Virus record (IMG/VR): IMGVR_UViG_3300005512_002967
Coordinates: 1-36,447 of that record
Source of the DNA: a virus
Lineage: Duplodnaviria; Caudoviricetes
Length of the DNA: 36,447 bases
Strand: one strand, 5' to 3'
Positions 34,782 through 36,447 of the stretch are shown one piece after another. The translations under genes were made by a program, and so were the position numbers. The notes beneath the pieces are model-generated. The model ran no database searches. It was not told the DNA's origin and saw only the letters and a program-made list of their open reading frames with translations. Numbering within the stretch: position 1 is the first letter of the stretch; each line of letters begins with the position of its first letter.

Positions 34782-35735
34782 ATGGCAGCAGTCGGACAAG
34801 GAATGAGTGGGGCAACAAACCCTAACTTAACCTCTACATTAAGTCCTGAAGTATCTACTTATTACGAAAAAGTGTTCTTGCAAAGAGCAGAATATGAACT
34901 CGTACTTAAGGAAGGTGCACAGGTTAGAACACATCCAGCCAATGAGGGCAGAACAGTAAACTTTACTCGTTACCAACCTCTAGGTATTGTGACCTCTCCT
35001 ATTGGAGAAATGTCTAACCCAGTGACTTGTAACATAACCGCATGTACCGTGGCTATGACCTTGAGTGAGTACGGTGTCACAACCAACCACTCCAAACTCT
35101 TAACCTTAACTGGAATCGATTCTTCGATGAAAGAAAAGATTGAGTTAGTCGGTCAAAACATGGGAGAAACTCTTAACCGTTTGGTTAGAGCTGAATTGGA
35201 GAACGCTACCGCTTTCTATGGTAATGATCACGCAATCGACACACTAGCATCAGGAGATAATCTCGATGCTTGTAACATTCGCTTGATGGTTCAAAAACTA
35301 GAGTTAGCTAAAGCTAAGGCTTACAAGGACGGAATGTTCTTGGGTAAAACTGATCCTATCAGCAAATACCAACTATTAGGAGATACTACATGGGTTAACG
35401 GAAAGACTTACAGCGACATTAAAGACTTATACAATGGTGAAATGGGTGAATTGTACCAAGTGAGATGGCTCTTGAATAAAGACGTCAGCTCTGGAACAGA
35501 AGCAACTTCCACAGCTTCTTCAGCAGTGGTTCGTTACTACACCTATGTTCATGGTGATCAATCCTTCGGGGTATACGATCTCGCACAGGACAAACCAAAA
35601 CTATACATTCTTCCTAATGTTGTTGACAGTAACTCTCCAGCAGGTAGAATTTCTATCGTTTCTTGGGCAGGTTCTTACGCTACTAAGTTGCTCAACTCAG
35701 ATTGGGCACTTGCAGCTAGGTTTACCGCAGCTTAA
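34782..35735 (+). CDS. Major capsid protein (N4-gp56-like)
   Basis: P.NEG.TV.F.RY, L.EYG and GE.GE...VR motifs; strong SD AGGTGGTGA. Confidence 0.88.
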   Translation: MAAVGQGMSGATNPNLTSTLSPEVSTYYEKVFLQRAEYELVLKEGAQVRTHPANEGRTVNFTRYQPLGIVTSPIGEMSNPVTCNITACTVAMTLSEYGVTTNHSKLLTLTGIDSSMKEKIELVGQNMGETLNRLVRAELENATAFYGNDHAIDTLASGDNLDACNIRLMVQKLELAKAKAYKDGMFLGKTDPISKYQLLGDTTWVNGKTYSDIKDLYNGEMGELYQVRWLLNKDVSSGTEATSTASSAVVRYYTYVHGDQSFGVYDLAQDKPKLYILPNVVDSNSPAGRISIVSWAGSYATKLLNSDWALAARFTAA

Positions 35736-35742
35736 GTGTTAC

Positions 35743-35774
35743 CTTGATTCCCCCGCCCCAAGCGGGGGGTCAAG
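35743..35774 (+). terminator. GC-rich hairpin after the MCP gene
   Basis: CTTGATTCCCCCGC-loop-GCGGGGGGTCAAG; weak U-tract. Confidence 0.6.
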
Positions 35775-35791
35775 TAAATAATTAGTTATAT

Positions 35792-36208
35792 ATGTCATTT
35801 AAAGAACCAGTAGCCACAGAAACACAAAAACCTCGAGAAGTAAAAGAGGTAACTCCATCTTCTGGTGGTATTGTTGACAATGTGGAAGTTCCATACACAG
35901 ACTATGAGACCCAGAATGGAAAACCTTTTATAGTTGACCACTACGGTTTATCAGATCGATGGAAAGATTATGAGGGCGGTTTTGGGGAAGAAATTGCTAC
36001 AATAGATGGATATATCCAAGGAAAAATAACTAATGGGGATTTGGCAAATAGTCAATCAGCCATTAAAGAAGAGCTTAAGAAAATAGAGAAACTAACTAAT
36101 ATGAGTAAGGAAGAGAGGGTTGTTATTAAACTTGGAAATATATCAGCTTATGCTAAATTCTTAATGGAGGCAGATAATATTAAATTTAACGCACGTAAAT
36201 ACAGATGA
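35792..36208 (+). CDS. Hypothetical protein
   Basis: 138-aa ORF after the MCP. Confidence 0.7.
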   Translation: MSFKEPVATETQKPREVKEVTPSSGGIVDNVEVPYTDYETQNGKPFIVDHYGLSDRWKDYEGGFGEEIATIDGYIQGKITNGDLANSQSAIKEELKKIEKLTNMSKEERVVIKLGNISAYAKFLMEADNIKFNARKYR

Positions 36209-36336
36209 GTAACCCATTTACAATTCCATTTAAGATACCAGAGAAAACCGACATTGAAGTTAGGGTTTTAACCCCAACAAGTGCAGGAGACACTTCTTGT
36301 GGTGCTACATTTGAGGGTTGGTATGAAGATGTATAG
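36205..36336 (+). CDS. Small protein, 43 aa (possible gene remnant)
   Basis: MSNPFTIPFKIPEKTDIEVRV...; ATGA coupling. Confidence 0.45.
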   Translation: MSNPFTIPFKIPEKTDIEVRVLTPTSAGDTSCGATFEGWYEDV

Positions 36337-36353
36337 TGTATAATACCCTTAAG

Positions 36354-36447
36354 GTGAAAAAGGAAACATTGGTTACAGGTTCAAGCGGATTTATAGGAAG
36401 CCATTTAGTAGAGAGGTTAGATAATTTTAGGTCGGTTCCACATTCAG
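36354..36447 (+). CDS. NAD-dependent epimerase/dehydratase, 3'-truncated (not in ORF track)
   Basis: GTG start; MKKETLVTGSSGFIGSHLVERL carries the Rossmann TGxxGxxG motif. Confidence 0.85.
   Translation, partial: MKKETLVTGSSGFIGSHLVERLDNFRSVPHS

Noticed and set aside
1-36447. Terminal repeat or complete circle
   Set aside because: The two ends share no sequence and cut different genes; the rest of the epimerase and the transketolase start are missing.
1-36447. Stop-codon reassignment
   Set aside because: Genes pack tightly under the standard code, and TGA and TAG both end conserved genes.
1-36447. Minus-strand ORFs in the track
   Set aside because: They are shadows of + strand genes, with no recognisable motifs.

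Overview
A near-complete, circularly permuted ~36.4 kb tailed dsDNA phage genome with podovirus-like architecture. Every credible gene is on the + strand and the standard genetic code fits. Modules in order: a sugar-synthesis/glycosyltransferase cluster that probably wraps across the window ends (epimerase start at the right end; split transketolase, FkbM methyltransferase and three glycosyltransferase-like genes at the left end); two probable ejection proteins, including a 1787-aa polyvalent protein with two ADP-ribosyltransferase-like cassettes; adaptor, nozzle and fibre genes; CHAP endolysin and holin; DUF6291 initiator, DnaB helicase and SSB; accessory genes (HAD, kinase-like, HIT, Acb2/Tad1-like); TerS; intein-containing TerL; portal, scaffold and major capsid. 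I see no integrase, DNA polymerase, canonical tRNA or CRISPR array. The most striking features are: (1) a complete HNH endonuclease gene overprinted in a different frame inside the TerL intein; (2) in-frame ART cassettes bounded by perfectly repeated DNA ends; (3) a candidate virion-glycosylation pathway with a minimal split transketolase; (4) a promoter-leader-terminator unit before three structural operons. Family calls come from motif recognition by eye, not database searches. The host (possibly Patescibacteria) is only inferred.
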